Origin: a virus
Strand: one strand, 5' to 3'
Virus record (IMG/VR): IMGVR_UViG_3300049929_000026
Location: 64,001 to 128,000 of that record
DNA: 64,000 nucleotides
Shown here: piece by piece, positions 38,155-47,839 of the stretch
Position numbering within the stretch: position 1 is the stretch's first letter
Layout: each line of letters starts with the position of its first letter
Made by a program: the position numbers and the translations under genes
Notes under the pieces: model-generated
Seen by the model: only the letters and a program-made list of their open reading frames with translations
Databases searched by the model: none
Told to the model about the DNA's origin: nothing

Positions 38155-39980
38155 GTACCGAGCACAATCTCGACCCGGCGATTCAGCGCTCGGCTTGCCT
38201 CATCATTCGCGCTGCCAGGAAGGGGCTTGGTGTCCCCGAAGCCGTCGACCGCAACGAAGCGGCGCGCCGGGAAGTGCGAGGTCGACTGGTTCATCAGCCA
38301 TGCCTTCACCGCTTCGGCCCGAGCCTTTGACAGCACGAGATTGTTCGCCGGATCGCCGGTGTTGTCCGTGTGTCCGTCGATCTCCACGGAGAGTTCATCC
38401 GCAATGAGCAGGCCGTCACGGAGCTCACGAAGCTGCTTCATGGAATCCGGCGTGAACGAGGCCTTGCCGGTTTCGAAGTTGATGCTCCACGAACGCTTCG
38501 ACACCACGTTTTTGATGTCGGTTTCGACCTGATAGACCGGCATGTCGGCCGTGGTCTTCGACTCGGAAGTCCTCGCCACGTCCTGCACGAACGACGTGTT
38601 CAGAACCTCGGAAACAGCCGGGTAGCTCGGGACGAGCTTCGGATATTGCTGGTGAACGATGTCGCCGAATACCGTGTAGGTCGCGGCGAACACATTGGCC
38701 GAGCCCGGCGCGAGCCCGAAGAGTTGCAGCGTGTCCTGCAGGTTGTTGATCGCCGAGCCGCCGAGCTCCACCATGACCCCGGTCTTGTCCGCCTCGGTCG
38801 CGCCCTTGTAGTACTTCAGCCAATACTCGGGCGACTCCTCCTTGTTGTAGACGAGCCACGATGCCTTGGCAGCGCGCTGCTGAGCTTCCGGAAAGCTCTT
38901 GATCTGATCGGCCGCCTCGTAGACCGCGGAGAGGAAGCCGTCGATCTCCTTGCGGTTGTCCTCGTCCCACTTCTTGATCCCGATCATGACAGCGGGCATC
39001 TGGCTTCGATATTCCTTAGTGGAGACGATCTTGACGAGCCCGCCCTTCTTCATGGCTACGTTCACGTCTACCGGCGTCCAGGATGATACGGCGTTGACGC
39101 ACACATGCTTGGTCTCGCCGTTCCGCTTTCCGTCGATGACCACCGGGCGGTCCTCGCACACGCCATTGATGTACGCCTCGCCTGCCTTCACGAAATCATC
39201 TGCCGCGTAGAAGTTGATCGCCGACGGGTCCCAGGTCTTCTCGTTCGGGTTGACCTTGATCTGGTTGTCACTTGCCCACTTCATCGGGATGTTCCAGTCG
39301 CCGCTGCGGAGCGCGACGGATAGCAAGCAACCTCGCGCGGCCTTCGGATTCGTAAGCCATTCGGCAGGTCCCTGGAGCTTGTCCTCGCCGCGGGAGTACC
39401 CGAACGCCGCGATGATCTCGCCATGGTATTGGGGCCCGAGTTTCAGCTTGTCGATCAGGCTGTTGATGTTGGCGAGGATCACTGCCGTGCCGTCACCCAT
39501 GTCGGTCATGAAATGGTAGCCCTCGGTCGGCTGCGCCTCGCCCTTGGCGAGCGCCGTAGCGAAGTCCACGAGCGACGTCTGCATCTTCCCGTCGTCGTCC
39601 TCACGAATGAGCTTCAGGTTCACCCCGTGCTTCTCCATGAGGCTGCCTCGGGTCGTCAGCGGTCCGCCGTTGGCGTACGGCAGAGCGAACTGCGCGTTCC
39701 ACGCCATATGGGCGGAGCGGATCTGAGGCGCCGCTACGACCGTCACGGCTTCGCTCGGTTGTGGTAGCGGCTTCACGTTTGCCGCATGCACAGCTTCGGG
39801 TGCTGACGGCAGATCGGGCAGGGCAGCTACTTGCGGAACGGCAGCGACTACCGATTCATTCGGCCCGAGCGCGTAGCCGTGGTCGTGCGCCCATTTGAGA
39901 CCAAATACACCGGCGACGATTGCACCGATAAGACCGATCATAACGAGTCGGTCTTTCTTCATTCTGAATTGAGTTGCCAT
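38151..39980 (-). CDS. periplasmic substrate-binding domain fused to OmpA-like peptidoglycan-binding domain
   Basis: N-terminal TM anchor; C-terminal INFETGKA...IDGHTDNTG...NLVLSKARAEAV...NRRVEI. Confidence 0.85.
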   Translation of the reverse strand: MATQFRMKKDRLVMIGLIGAIVAGVFGLKWAHDHGYALGPNESVVAAVPQVAALPDLPSAPEAVHAANVKPLPQPSEAVTVVAAPQIRSAHMAWNAQFALPYANGGPLTTRGSLMEKHGVNLKLIREDDDGKMQTSLVDFATALAKGEAQPTEGYHFMTDMGDGTAVILANINSLIDKLKLGPQYHGEIIAAFGYSRGEDKLQGPAEWLTNPKAARGCLLSVALRSGDWNIPMKWASDNQIKVNPNEKTWDPSAINFYAADDFVKAGEAYINGVCEDRPVVIDGKRNGETKHVCVNAVSSWTPVDVNVAMKKGGLVKIVSTKEYRSQMPAVMIGIKKWDEDNRKEIDGFLSAVYEAADQIKSFPEAQQRAAKASWLVYNKEESPEYWLKYYKGATEADKTGVMVELGGSAINNLQDTLQLFGLAPGSANVFAATYTVFGDIVHQQYPKLVPSYPAVSEVLNTSFVQDVARTSESKTTADMPVYQVETDIKNVVSKRSWSINFETGKASFTPDSMKQLRELRDGLLIADELSVEIDGHTDNTGDPANNLVLSKARAEAVKAWLMNQSTSHFPARRFVAVDGFGDTKPLPGSANDEASRALNRRVEIVLGT

Positions 39981-40012
39981 TCTATTTTCCTTACCTTGTG
40001 TTGGTTGGGCGC

Positions 40013-41035
40013 TCAGAGCTTGTCGAACAAATTGCCGAACGACTGGGTTTTCTTTTCGGCGGCCGGAACAGCGTCGTCTTCGTCTGGCTGCAACGATGAA
40101 TCCGAGCCGATACGGAACTTGGTTTTACCGGTACCGCCTTCGAGCAGATTGCTCGCGCGCTTGTCCCAGGCTTCGAGCTTGGCCATTGCATCCAAGTCCG
40201 CAACCCCGTTCTCGAGATCCATCGTGTTGATGAAGTCCCGAGAGTCCTCCATGAATTGGTCGATCTCGCCGAGCTTGTTGAAGTAGTCGTTCTGCGTGCT
40301 GCTGAGCGCGAGATCGAATGCCTCGCGGTCCTTGTCAGCCTGAAGGATTGCCTTCGAAGCAGCCATCGCTCGGTAGCTCGCGCGAATCGTGGCTCGCTTC
40401 TCGGTCTCGTCTTCGACGGTGTCCTCGATGTCGGCGATCATGTACTTGGACGCTTCCTGCACCTTCTCCATGAGAGCGATGTGGGCCTTCACCTTGTTGC
40501 GCACCCCTTGATAGGTGAGCGTCGTTTTCTCCAGTCGACCGGCCTTCCGTGCCTGTAGCGAAAACTGCGTCTTCATGCCCTGCTCAGCACCGTGATCTCG
40601 CGCCTGCTTGGCGAGGTTCATACTGCGCTCATAGTCGGCCGTTTTGGTCGCGATGAGCTGGTCCAGCTTCCGAAGCTGAGCGCGAAGCTCGCCCAGCGCA
40701 TCGGCGATGCCCGCGTACTTCTTCTTGAGCTCCTCGACGTAGCCCTTGAGAATCGAAATCGGGTCGATATCGATCACGACCTGCGTCAGAGCCCGCGTCG
40801 CCATCTTGTAGCCCATCCAGAACAACCGATGCAGGTCCTTGCTGACGACAACCCACCCGACGATCGCAACGGCAGCGGCGAGAGCCGACGTGTAGAGCAG
40901 GTTTTCAAGCACCCGCTCGAGCAATGGCAAAATCAGGTCGACGCTCTTCAGCGCGAAGAATCCGCCCACTCCGATCCCGAGCCACGCGACCCAGTTCTCA
41001 GGGCGCTGCCAGGGTTTCTTTTGAGCTTCTTCCAT
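40013..41035 (-). CDS. membrane-anchored coiled-coil protein (PspA/TelA-like)
   Basis: Two N-terminal TMs, then DPISILKGYVEEL and long helices. Confidence 0.55.
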   Translation of the reverse strand: MEEAQKKPWQRPENWVAWLGIGVGGFFALKSVDLILPLLERVLENLLYTSALAAAVAIVGWVVVSKDLHRLFWMGYKMATRALTQVVIDIDPISILKGYVEELKKKYAGIADALGELRAQLRKLDQLIATKTADYERSMNLAKQARDHGAEQGMKTQFSLQARKAGRLEKTTLTYQGVRNKVKAHIALMEKVQEASKYMIADIEDTVEDETEKRATIRASYRAMAASKAILQADKDREAFDLALSSTQNDYFNKLGEIDQFMEDSRDFINTMDLENGVADLDAMAKLEAWDKRASNLLEGGTGKTKFRIGSDSSLQPDEDDAVPAAEKKTQSFGNLFDKL

Positions 41036-41701
41036 TTAGAGGGCCTTCCCGTGTTCGGCTACTTGGGCCTTTTGCTGGTCGATGTGAGTCCGCGCCGCGT
41101 CGTATTGGAGCTTGAAACGCTGCTGAACGAGATCGAGTTTGTGCTGCGCCTCGGCGAGCGCTGACAGGTCTCCGGCACGCTTGTCGTTCAGGCCAATGAC
41201 CTGCTGCTCCAGGCTCGCGATCTGCGCCTTCGCAGCCGCGATCTGCGTGTCGTAGTCCTGCACGGCGTTGCGCTTGCTGCCGACGCGCGCGTTGAACTGG
41301 TCCTGTAGTTCCTTGGAGAAGACGCGGCTCTTCTCCTCCAGCGCCCCGATGTAGACGTCGTACTCGGACAGAACAGCCGAGATTGGCGTGCCTTTGGCGG
41401 CGAATATCTTGAGCGCAGTCTGAAAGCGCAGGGCTTCGACGGGGATCGCCGCTTCCAGCGTCGAGAGTAGCGATTGGAGCTCGGGGATCAGCTGCACGTT
41501 TGCGACCTTCAGCGCTTCTTGCAGAGCCGCCTTGGCCGACTCGTCATACTTGGCGATCCGCTCGGCATCGTCATTGGGCGCGGCTGCCGGCGCTGGCGCT
41601 ACAGCCGTCACAACGGGCACGGACGCCGCTCCAGTCTCCGCGACCTCTACGCTCTCGGCTAGACCGAGCGACGCCATGCCTTTTTTTAGGTTTTCGAACA
41701 T
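41036..41701 (-). CDS. coiled-coil protein, first gene of the membrane cassette
   Basis: Amphipathic N-terminus MFENLKKGMASLGL and long coiled coil. Confidence 0.55.
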   Translation of the reverse strand: MFENLKKGMASLGLAESVEVAETGAASVPVVTAVAPAPAAAPNDDAERIAKYDESAKAALQEALKVANVQLIPELQSLLSTLEAAIPVEALRFQTALKIFAAKGTPISAVLSEYDVYIGALEEKSRVFSKELQDQFNARVGSKRNAVQDYDTQIAAAKAQIASLEQQVIGLNDKRAGDLSALAEAQHKLDLVQQRFKLQYDAARTHIDQQKAQVAEHGKAL

Positions 41702-42489
41702 GCTTTTTCCTTCGCTAAATCAAGGACCATCTCGACACACGGCGCTCCGTATTCGGCAAACCCAGTGCGCACTGTCAGGTTCGGCGATGGCTGGAACGTC
41801 GCGCGGCCATGCGTGTGCCCGCAAAGCACCTCGATCTCACGGTCTTGGTTCTTGCGCGCCCATTCGAGAAGAGCATCGCCGAGCGCCTTGTTTGTGAACC
41901 ACGGCAGCCAGTTCGCGTCGCTCTGTTTGCCGTTATAGACGCTCGACTCCGCGAACGGCGGGACGTGCGTCGCGAAGATGATGCGCTTCGCTGTGGTGCG
42001 CGAGAGAGTCTCCAGCGTCTTTTGGTGGAAGTGGTCGCCGATCATGCGCAGCGCTGGGATCAACGTTCCTGACTGCACGCACTCACGAAGGTCTTGAATC
42101 TCCGACCAATCGTTCAGCTGAACGCTGCTAGTTTCGGGTGACCCAAACCGAGCGTCGTACCAGCCATCTACCCCGCAGAGATCTGCATCGGGAGTAAGGT
42201 GGAATACCGCACCGGAATCCAGATACGAGCAGCCGAATGCCTTTCGGACCGAGCGCGCAACGCTGGCAAACTCGCCGCCGTAGAAGTCGTGGTTGCCGAG
42301 TACGAAACAAACTGGCTTTCGGTAGTTGCGCTGAAAGACTTCGAGCAATCGAATGACCGTGCGCGCCGTACCTATGTCTCCAGTGATGACGCAGGCATCC
42401 GACACGCCGGCCGTCTTCGACGCAAGGTCGATTGTTTTACCGTGCCCTGCATGATCGAAATGTGGATCGGTTATCCAGGCGAGCCTCAT
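41686..42489 (-). CDS. calcineurin-like metallophosphoesterase
   Basis: DPH, GD, GNHD, THVPP and GHTH. Confidence 0.9.
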   Translation of the reverse strand: MRLAWITDPHFDHAGHGKTIDLASKTAGVSDACVITGDIGTARTVIRLLEVFQRNYRKPVCFVLGNHDFYGGEFASVARSVRKAFGCSYLDSGAVFHLTPDADLCGVDGWYDARFGSPETSSVQLNDWSEIQDLRECVQSGTLIPALRMIGDHFHQKTLETLSRTTAKRIIFATHVPPFAESSVYNGKQSDANWLPWFTNKALGDALLEWARKNQDREIEVLCGHTHGRATFQPSPNLTVRTGFAEYGAPCVEMVLDLAKEKACSKT

Positions 42490-42624
42490 GGTGTGGTGGT
42501 CTCACCAGGTTGAGGAGCCAGGTAGCCTCTAGCGAGAGCCCAATCCAAAGGCACCGGGCCTAGTGCCGTAGGCAGGCAGCTCGCGCAGAGACCGAGCCCA
42601 ACGCGCGGCGCCAATCTGGAAGCA

Positions 42625-43861
42625 GTGACACGTGTCATGGCGCTGCGCCGTGACTTCTCGGATCGCCGGCGAGCTCTTGAGCAGCTGCACCTCCCCGACG
42701 GCTCTGCCCGAGCCGTTTGATATTATTTGCGGCGTTGACGTCGCGGTCCTCGACCAATCCGCAGTGCGGACAATCGTGAACGCGCGTGCCGAGGTCCTTT
42801 CGAACCACCGTATCGCAGCCGCTACACCTTTGCGATGTCCCACGTGGATCCACTTCGAAGAAATCTCGCCCGGCGCTTTCAGCCTTGGCTTTGAGGATCG
42901 TAGTGAACTGAGACCACGAGGCATCAAGAACTTGTTTTGCGAGGCGACCACGAGCGAGGCCGGCCACGTTGAGTTTTTCTACGGCGATCGAATCGAAGCG
43001 CTGCGCGAGTCCGAGCGCGACCTTGTGCTGGAAATCGAGGCGCGTCCGGCGGATCTTGTCGTACCGCTTCGCGAGAAGCTCGACGGCTTTACGGCGACGA
43101 CGCGATCCGCGTTTCCGACGCGCAACACGTCGCTGAGCGATAACGATCTCTCGCTGGGCGGTCTCGAAGAAGCGCGGATTAGCGACCATCTCCCCGTTAC
43201 TGAGCGCAGCGAACGTCGCGATCCCGACATCGATCCCAACGCTCTGCCCCGTCGAAGCCGCTGGCTTCGACGGCACATTGTCGCACGCAAATGCGATATA
43301 CCAGTGCCCATCACCAGAGAGAGTGACCGACGCGGTCTTGATGCGGCCCTCGATCGGTCGGTGGATCCTGATCTTGACATTACCGATGCCGTGGATGCGC
43401 ACACGTTTCCCGCCCGCACAAAGCACCGCCCCACCCTTGCCGGCTTGAGGAAAGGTGAATGTACGGTAGCGGCCGGGTCCCTTGAATCGCGGGAACCCCG
43501 CCTTTTTCTTAGCCTTTACCCTTCGAAAAAACGCGCGATAGGACTTCTCCAGTCTTTTGAGGACGTCCTGAAGCACTTGCGCGTAAATATTCGCGAACTC
43601 CGGACGCATCGCCTTGACCTCCGGTAGGTCGCCCATCTGCGAATAACAAGTGACCTTTACTCCTGCTCGGTACGCCGCGATGCGTTCTTGCAGGCTCGCG
43701 TTGTAAAGCTCACGCAGCAACTCGAGCGTGCCCCGCATCGTCGCCTCTTGAGCGCGAGTTGGATAAAGGCGATAGCGGAAAACACGAATCACGTGGTACC
43801 TATTCTGAGCCCGTTGAAAGCGGGCCACGCATCCAGGTCGTGTAGCAGCGACGCTGGATGC
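42625..43861 (-). mobile_element. TnpB-only (IS1341-like) element
   Basis: Left hairpin GCATCCAG...CTGGATGC at about 43829-43861; right hairpin GTCACGGCGCAGCGCCATGAC followed by TCAC at 42628-42625; no tnpA. Confidence 0.55.
42635..43828 (-). CDS. tnpB: TnpB RNA-guided endonuclease (IS200/IS605 family), catalytic residues intact
   Basis: FRYRLYPT, GIDVG, AVEKL, TSQRCSGC, CPHCG and DRDVNAA. Start may be GTG 43792. Confidence 0.92.
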   Translation of the reverse strand: MARFQRAQNRYHVIRVFRYRLYPTRAQEATMRGTLELLRELYNASLQERIAAYRAGVKVTCYSQMGDLPEVKAMRPEFANIYAQVLQDVLKRLEKSYRAFFRRVKAKKKAGFPRFKGPGRYRTFTFPQAGKGGAVLCAGGKRVRIHGIGNVKIRIHRPIEGRIKTASVTLSGDGHWYIAFACDNVPSKPAASTGQSVGIDVGIATFAALSNGEMVANPRFFETAQREIVIAQRRVARRKRGSRRRRKAVELLAKRYDKIRRTRLDFQHKVALGLAQRFDSIAVEKLNVAGLARGRLAKQVLDASWSQFTTILKAKAESAGRDFFEVDPRGTSQRCSGCDTVVRKDLGTRVHDCPHCGLVEDRDVNAANNIKRLGQSRRGGAAAQELAGDPRSHGAAP

Positions 43862-43916
43862 TCTTCATTTGTAGCATGGACGGTGGTCAGTTGACCACGG
43901 TGAATAAAAACGGTCT

Positions 43917-44937
43917 TCATGCTGCGCTTATTTTCCCTGCTTCAATGAGGATCCGGATGACGTGCCCGGCGACTTCCGCTTGTTGCGGGCTGCACGAATT
44001 GCCGAGCGCGGCGATCCGATCACGGGCTCGGTCCATTCGACTGGAAACCCCATGAACCATTCGCAGAACGCTGGGGACAGGTGACCGCCAGCCTCCCGTG
44101 GCAAATTGCGTCCGCCTTTCGTTTGCTTCGGCGCAGGCTCGCGCTCGTCTCTCGAGCAGAGAGTCGGAAGCATCTCCTGCGACAACAATTCCTGAAGCGA
44201 TGGCCCGCCCTGCGCGTTCTTCCCGCGTGAGGCCTTCCCGCGTGTCGCCGAACTCGCGGTTAGCGTCGGAAGCAGCCTGCGCGCTTCCTCCTGAACCATG
44301 CCCTGAAGCGTTGGGGACTTCACGCCCCGCCTCCGACCGTAGGTTGCGCGACTCGTTGTAAGCGTCGGAAGAAAGACTTTGTTTCGCGAGCGATTGAAGC
44401 GAGTGGCGAGTTGGTCCGGGTTTTGCCCCCCCCCGATTCGATCCGTAGGTTTGCGCGGTCAAGGTGGGCAACAAGGAGGATTCGTCCGCGTCGGTGCGGA
44501 GCTCCGCAATCGCTTGCTGCAATCGGGACCGGTAACGACGCATAACCGCGCCGTTCCATTTCGCTGCGCACAGCGTCGACCCATCGAGAAGCACCCGAAG
44601 CAACGTTCTCGATGACGAGCCATTCGGGTTGAAGCTCGCTAACGACTCGGGCGCACTCGTAGAAAAGGCGGCTCTTAGGACCGTCGAGGCCAGCTCGCTT
44701 GCCAACGGAACTGAGGTCCTGACAGGGACTTCCAAAGCAGATGATATCGACGGGGGCGAGGTTGCTGCTTCCGACTTCGAGGACGTCATTGAACCTTTCA
44801 GCGTTCGGCCAGTGAGCGGCGAGCACCGCGCGGCAATGAGGCTCGAGTTCGACCTGCCAGATAGTTTCGCATCCGAGTGCTCGCTCCAGGCCCAGCTCGA
44901 GTCCGCCTATCCCGCTGCATAGCGAACCGAGCTTCAC
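43917..44937 (-). pseudogene. C5 cytosine methyltransferase (alpha-type chain), frameshifted by 1 nt
   Basis: Motifs I (CSGIGG), IV (GSPCQD), VI (ENV) and VIII (HRRGR) are in ORF 44320-44937. Motif X (RIAALGNS) is in the frame ending at 43917. Confidence 0.75.
43928..44789 (-). pseudogene. overlapping alternative-frame methyltransferase beta-like chain, same frameshift
   Basis: LPTL repeats on both sides of the shift and motif IX-like HLSPAFCEWFMGFPVEWT. Confidence 0.55.
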
Positions 44938-45410
44938 GCTGCCTCTCCGCCCTGCTCATGCCGTACAGCCTCAAGGGCCTGCTCCAAAGTCCGGCAACGC
45001 TCCGCACCTGGCAGCTCGCTGGAAGCGTTCCATGGCTGGTGAATCAGCACCCCGCGCCCACCGCGATTCACGAACTCTTCGATATTGTGCGGACCGTCGT
45101 CGATCATCACGTCGCCACGGACCAAGTACTTTCGCTTGGCGAAGATGACGTCGTACTTCGAAAACCCGAAGTGCCTCTCCAGCCACCGAAGGCGCTCGAA
45201 AGTCCACAGGCGTGCGGCTGAGTAGGGGCTCGTCACGACGCTGGCGTACTCGTCAAACGGCGCCTGCCTATCCTCGAGCCCGAGCGCCTTTGTCAGGTCC
45301 CATTCCGTGAGCTGTTCGCGCTTATACTGCGGCCCAGCCCAACGCAGAAGCGCGCCGGCAAAGTCAGCGAGGATGCCGTCGACGTCGAGTAAAACAGTGG
45401 GCTTGTTCAT
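44934..45410 (-). CDS. HAD-family 5'(3')-deoxyribonucleotidase-like protein
   Basis: LLDVDGILADF, VVTSP, WLERHF, MIDD and PWN. Confidence 0.8.
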   Translation of the reverse strand: MNKPTVLLDVDGILADFAGALLRWAGPQYKREQLTEWDLTKALGLEDRQAPFDEYASVVTSPYSAARLWTFERLRWLERHFGFSKYDVIFAKRKYLVRGDVMIDDGPHNIEEFVNRGGRGVLIHQPWNASSELPGAERCRTLEQALEAVRHEQGGEAA

Positions 45411-45416
45411 CTATTG

Positions 45417-45752
45417 TCAACCAGTCTTAGCGGTTGCACTGCGCAACGTCGCAAGTACGCCAGCCAAGGCCCCAGGCCCGTTGTCGCGGTCATAAAGCCA
45501 TTCACCGACGAGTTTACCTGGCTGGTTGCGATCGTTCTCCTGTCGCTCAGGATCAAAGAATCCGATCTTCATGACGCGACCCTTCAAGTAGTCAAACCGA
45601 CGTTGCTCACGGAGCAAGGATGCCGCTTCGGCTTCATCCATCAAATCAGGCGTGAAGTGCAGTAACCCCAGCCCTTGCGGCCGGGCGCGGTTGTATAGCG
45701 CGGCCAATACGGTTGCTTCGTTCAGATCCGCGATGTCGATCAAGTCGCTCAT
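45417..45752 (-). CDS. hypothetical phage protein
   Basis: LAALYNRARPQGLG...FDYLKGRVMK...YDRDNGPG. Confidence 0.6.
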   Translation of the reverse strand: MSDLIDIADLNEATVLAALYNRARPQGLGLLHFTPDLMDEAEAASLLREQRRFDYLKGRVMKIGFFDPERQENDRNQPGKLVGEWLYDRDNGPGALAGVLATLRSATAKTG

Positions 45753-46288
45753 TTTGATGGCTCCTCTCCGGTGTAAATTTCGAGAATGCAAAAACCTTTG
45801 GACTTCAGCGGCGACTTTTCCCAGGACATATGAATGTCCGCGTGCGTCTCGTCGTCATCGACCAGGTAGCCAAGCCGCTTTTCACCGACGAGCAGCCTGT
45901 CGATCGCCATTTTTGCCCAGTCGCTGTGCCTGTCGGGAGCGCGACTTGAGAACCGGATGCACCGGATCATCGGTCGCCCGCGCAATGGCGTCGGCCGAAT
46001 TGTACCGCGCACCTGCTTCAGCAGCACGACGAACAGATTCGTCTTCATCTTCGCGAGCGCCCAGCCGGGCTGATGGCGCGTGCTGTTCGTCGTCGGGCAG
46101 AGATCGATGGGAAGCGCGAAGCGGCGAACCAGCGCTCCTACTGGTGCCACGCGCCGGCTCTTGATTGGATTTTCTGGCGGAAGCTTCAGGACGGCATCCG
46201 CCGCCGCCAGCGCCTCTGCCGCATTGAACGGCGGCGAAGGCACCTTCGGCTTGCGAGCCTTCTTCGCTGGCTTTGCGGCTGCGGTCAA
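45749..46288 (-). CDS. RusA-like Holliday junction resolvase
   Basis: PTTN...PDRHSDWAKMAIDRL...GYLVDDD. Start uncertain. Confidence 0.6.
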   Translation of the reverse strand: MTAAAKPAKKARKPKVPSPPFNAAEALAAADAVLKLPPENPIKSRRVAPVGALVRRFALPIDLCPTTNSTRHQPGWALAKMKTNLFVVLLKQVRGTIRPTPLRGRPMIRCIRFSSRAPDRHSDWAKMAIDRLLVGEKRLGYLVDDDETHADIHMSWEKSPLKSKGFCILEIYTGEEPSK

Positions 46289-47052
46289 GTGACCACCGAC
46301 TGCGGTGCCCAATCCACCGACCCGCCGTAACGGCGGCGACTCCTCAGCACCGATTCGACAACAGCAGCCACGGCACCTTCTACGGTAGAGGCTTGATTGC
46401 TCTGGCCATAGACCGCGTCCTGACCACAGTCCCAAGAGTTCTCGCCCTTGCCAGGAAAAGGAATACCGGCCGGAATTTTCACGTCCGCGCCCACGATTCG
46501 CCTGACGAACCATCGCGGGCGTTTCCATGAGCGTTCCTCAATCTTCACCGTCGCGTCGTAGCTACCCTCTGGCATCGCGATCTTGACGGCCTGCTCACTC
46601 AAGACACGCGACGAGTACTTGGCCTTGCCGAGCACGAAGTCGTCGATGTGAAAGGATCCACTCCGCCAATAAGGCACCGTCGAGCTCCAGCTCGAGCTGT
46701 CCCGCCAAACGCTCCACCAAATCGCCCAATCGTGGACGCTCCAGCTGATTTCACGGTCCTCGCAGCCGGCATTTCGGAGCAACCAGCGAGCGAGCGCCGC
46801 GACCGGGCGGAAGCTATCGATCGAGAAGTAGAGTGTGAGTAGCGGCACCGAGAAGCGAAAGCCGAAGCCCAGGCCCTCGTCTTGGCGTGCGGCAAAGCGG
46901 AAGCCCAAGTCGATGCGCCCGAGCAACCACTCCCAGTTGATCGAGCCGCCCAGAATGCGAAGCCAAGCGCGACCATGGCGCAACGGCGAACCAGTGCGCC
47001 CGGCTGGCTTGTCGTTTAGGTTCTGCCAGTGGAAGTGTACGCTATCGGACAT
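46285..47052 (-). CDS. Trp-rich hypothetical protein
   Basis: Clean 255-aa ORF. Confidence 0.55.
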   Translation of the reverse strand: MSDSVHFHWQNLNDKPAGRTGSPLRHGRAWLRILGGSINWEWLLGRIDLGFRFAARQDEGLGFGFRFSVPLLTLYFSIDSFRPVAALARWLLRNAGCEDREISWSVHDWAIWWSVWRDSSSWSSTVPYWRSGSFHIDDFVLGKAKYSSRVLSEQAVKIAMPEGSYDATVKIEERSWKRPRWFVRRIVGADVKIPAGIPFPGKGENSWDCGQDAVYGQSNQASTVEGAVAAVVESVLRSRRRYGGSVDWAPQSVVT

Positions 47053-47054
47053 GG

Positions 47055-47561
47055 TTAGTGCGCCCGCGTCTCTTCACTCTCGCCCGCGCCAGACTGCGCC
47101 AGGTATTCGTCGAGCGCAGCCTCGCTGTCGGCGTCACCGGCGGGCTCATCATCTTCGCCCGATTCAGCGTCGAGCTTTGGAACTCCGCCATCGAACAGAT
47201 TGCCTTGACGCTCGTCTTCGACGGCTCCGCGCTCGTCAGCAGTCAGCGCGCGCTCGTCCACAATCTCGCCGTTGTCGCAGCGCATCGTCAGCATGATGCC
47301 GCGACGCTCGTCCCGCTCGTGATAGCATTGGATTTCGATCGTGGCCTTCTTGGTCTTCTCGGCCTCCTTCAATGGTTTCTGCTCACGCTTCAGAATATCT
47401 AGCTCCTCCTTGAACACAGCGTTGCTCGCTGACTGCCTTTCCTTGATTGCATCGATCTCCAGGTCGATCTGCATGTTGCGCTTTCGGCCAGCTGCTAGCT
47501 CCTCATCGCTCAGGTCGATTTGGATCTCGTGCCCAAACGTCTCTCGTGTTTCATCGGTCAT
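47055..47561 (-). CDS. acidic coiled-coil hypothetical protein
   Basis: GAGG RBS; ERALTADER...QGNLF. Confidence 0.6.
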   Translation of the reverse strand: MTDETRETFGHEIQIDLSDEELAAGRKRNMQIDLEIDAIKERQSASNAVFKEELDILKREQKPLKEAEKTKKATIEIQCYHERDERRGIMLTMRCDNGEIVDERALTADERGAVEDERQGNLFDGGVPKLDAESGEDDEPAGDADSEAALDEYLAQSGAGESEETRAH

Positions 47562-47839
47562 GGTGGTGTTCTTCCTCTGTATCTCGGGTGGTCACGTGAC
47601 AACGGTGGAGGCTATACGTAAGTGCCTCCGTCCTGCTAGCTCGCATTTGCGTTTTTCAAGTCGTGCAATCGCGGCATCGAGAGCGCGCTGAGCAACCCGG
47701 TAGCGGTCCCGCGCCGCCCAACGTTTCCAACCGTTGCGTGGTTCGTACGTCGAGATCAGCGCTTGCTCGGCGCGATCGAATTCTTGCTCGGCGAGACGCA
47801 GGGCGCGCATCTCTGGGGTGAGTTGGGCGAGCATTCCGA

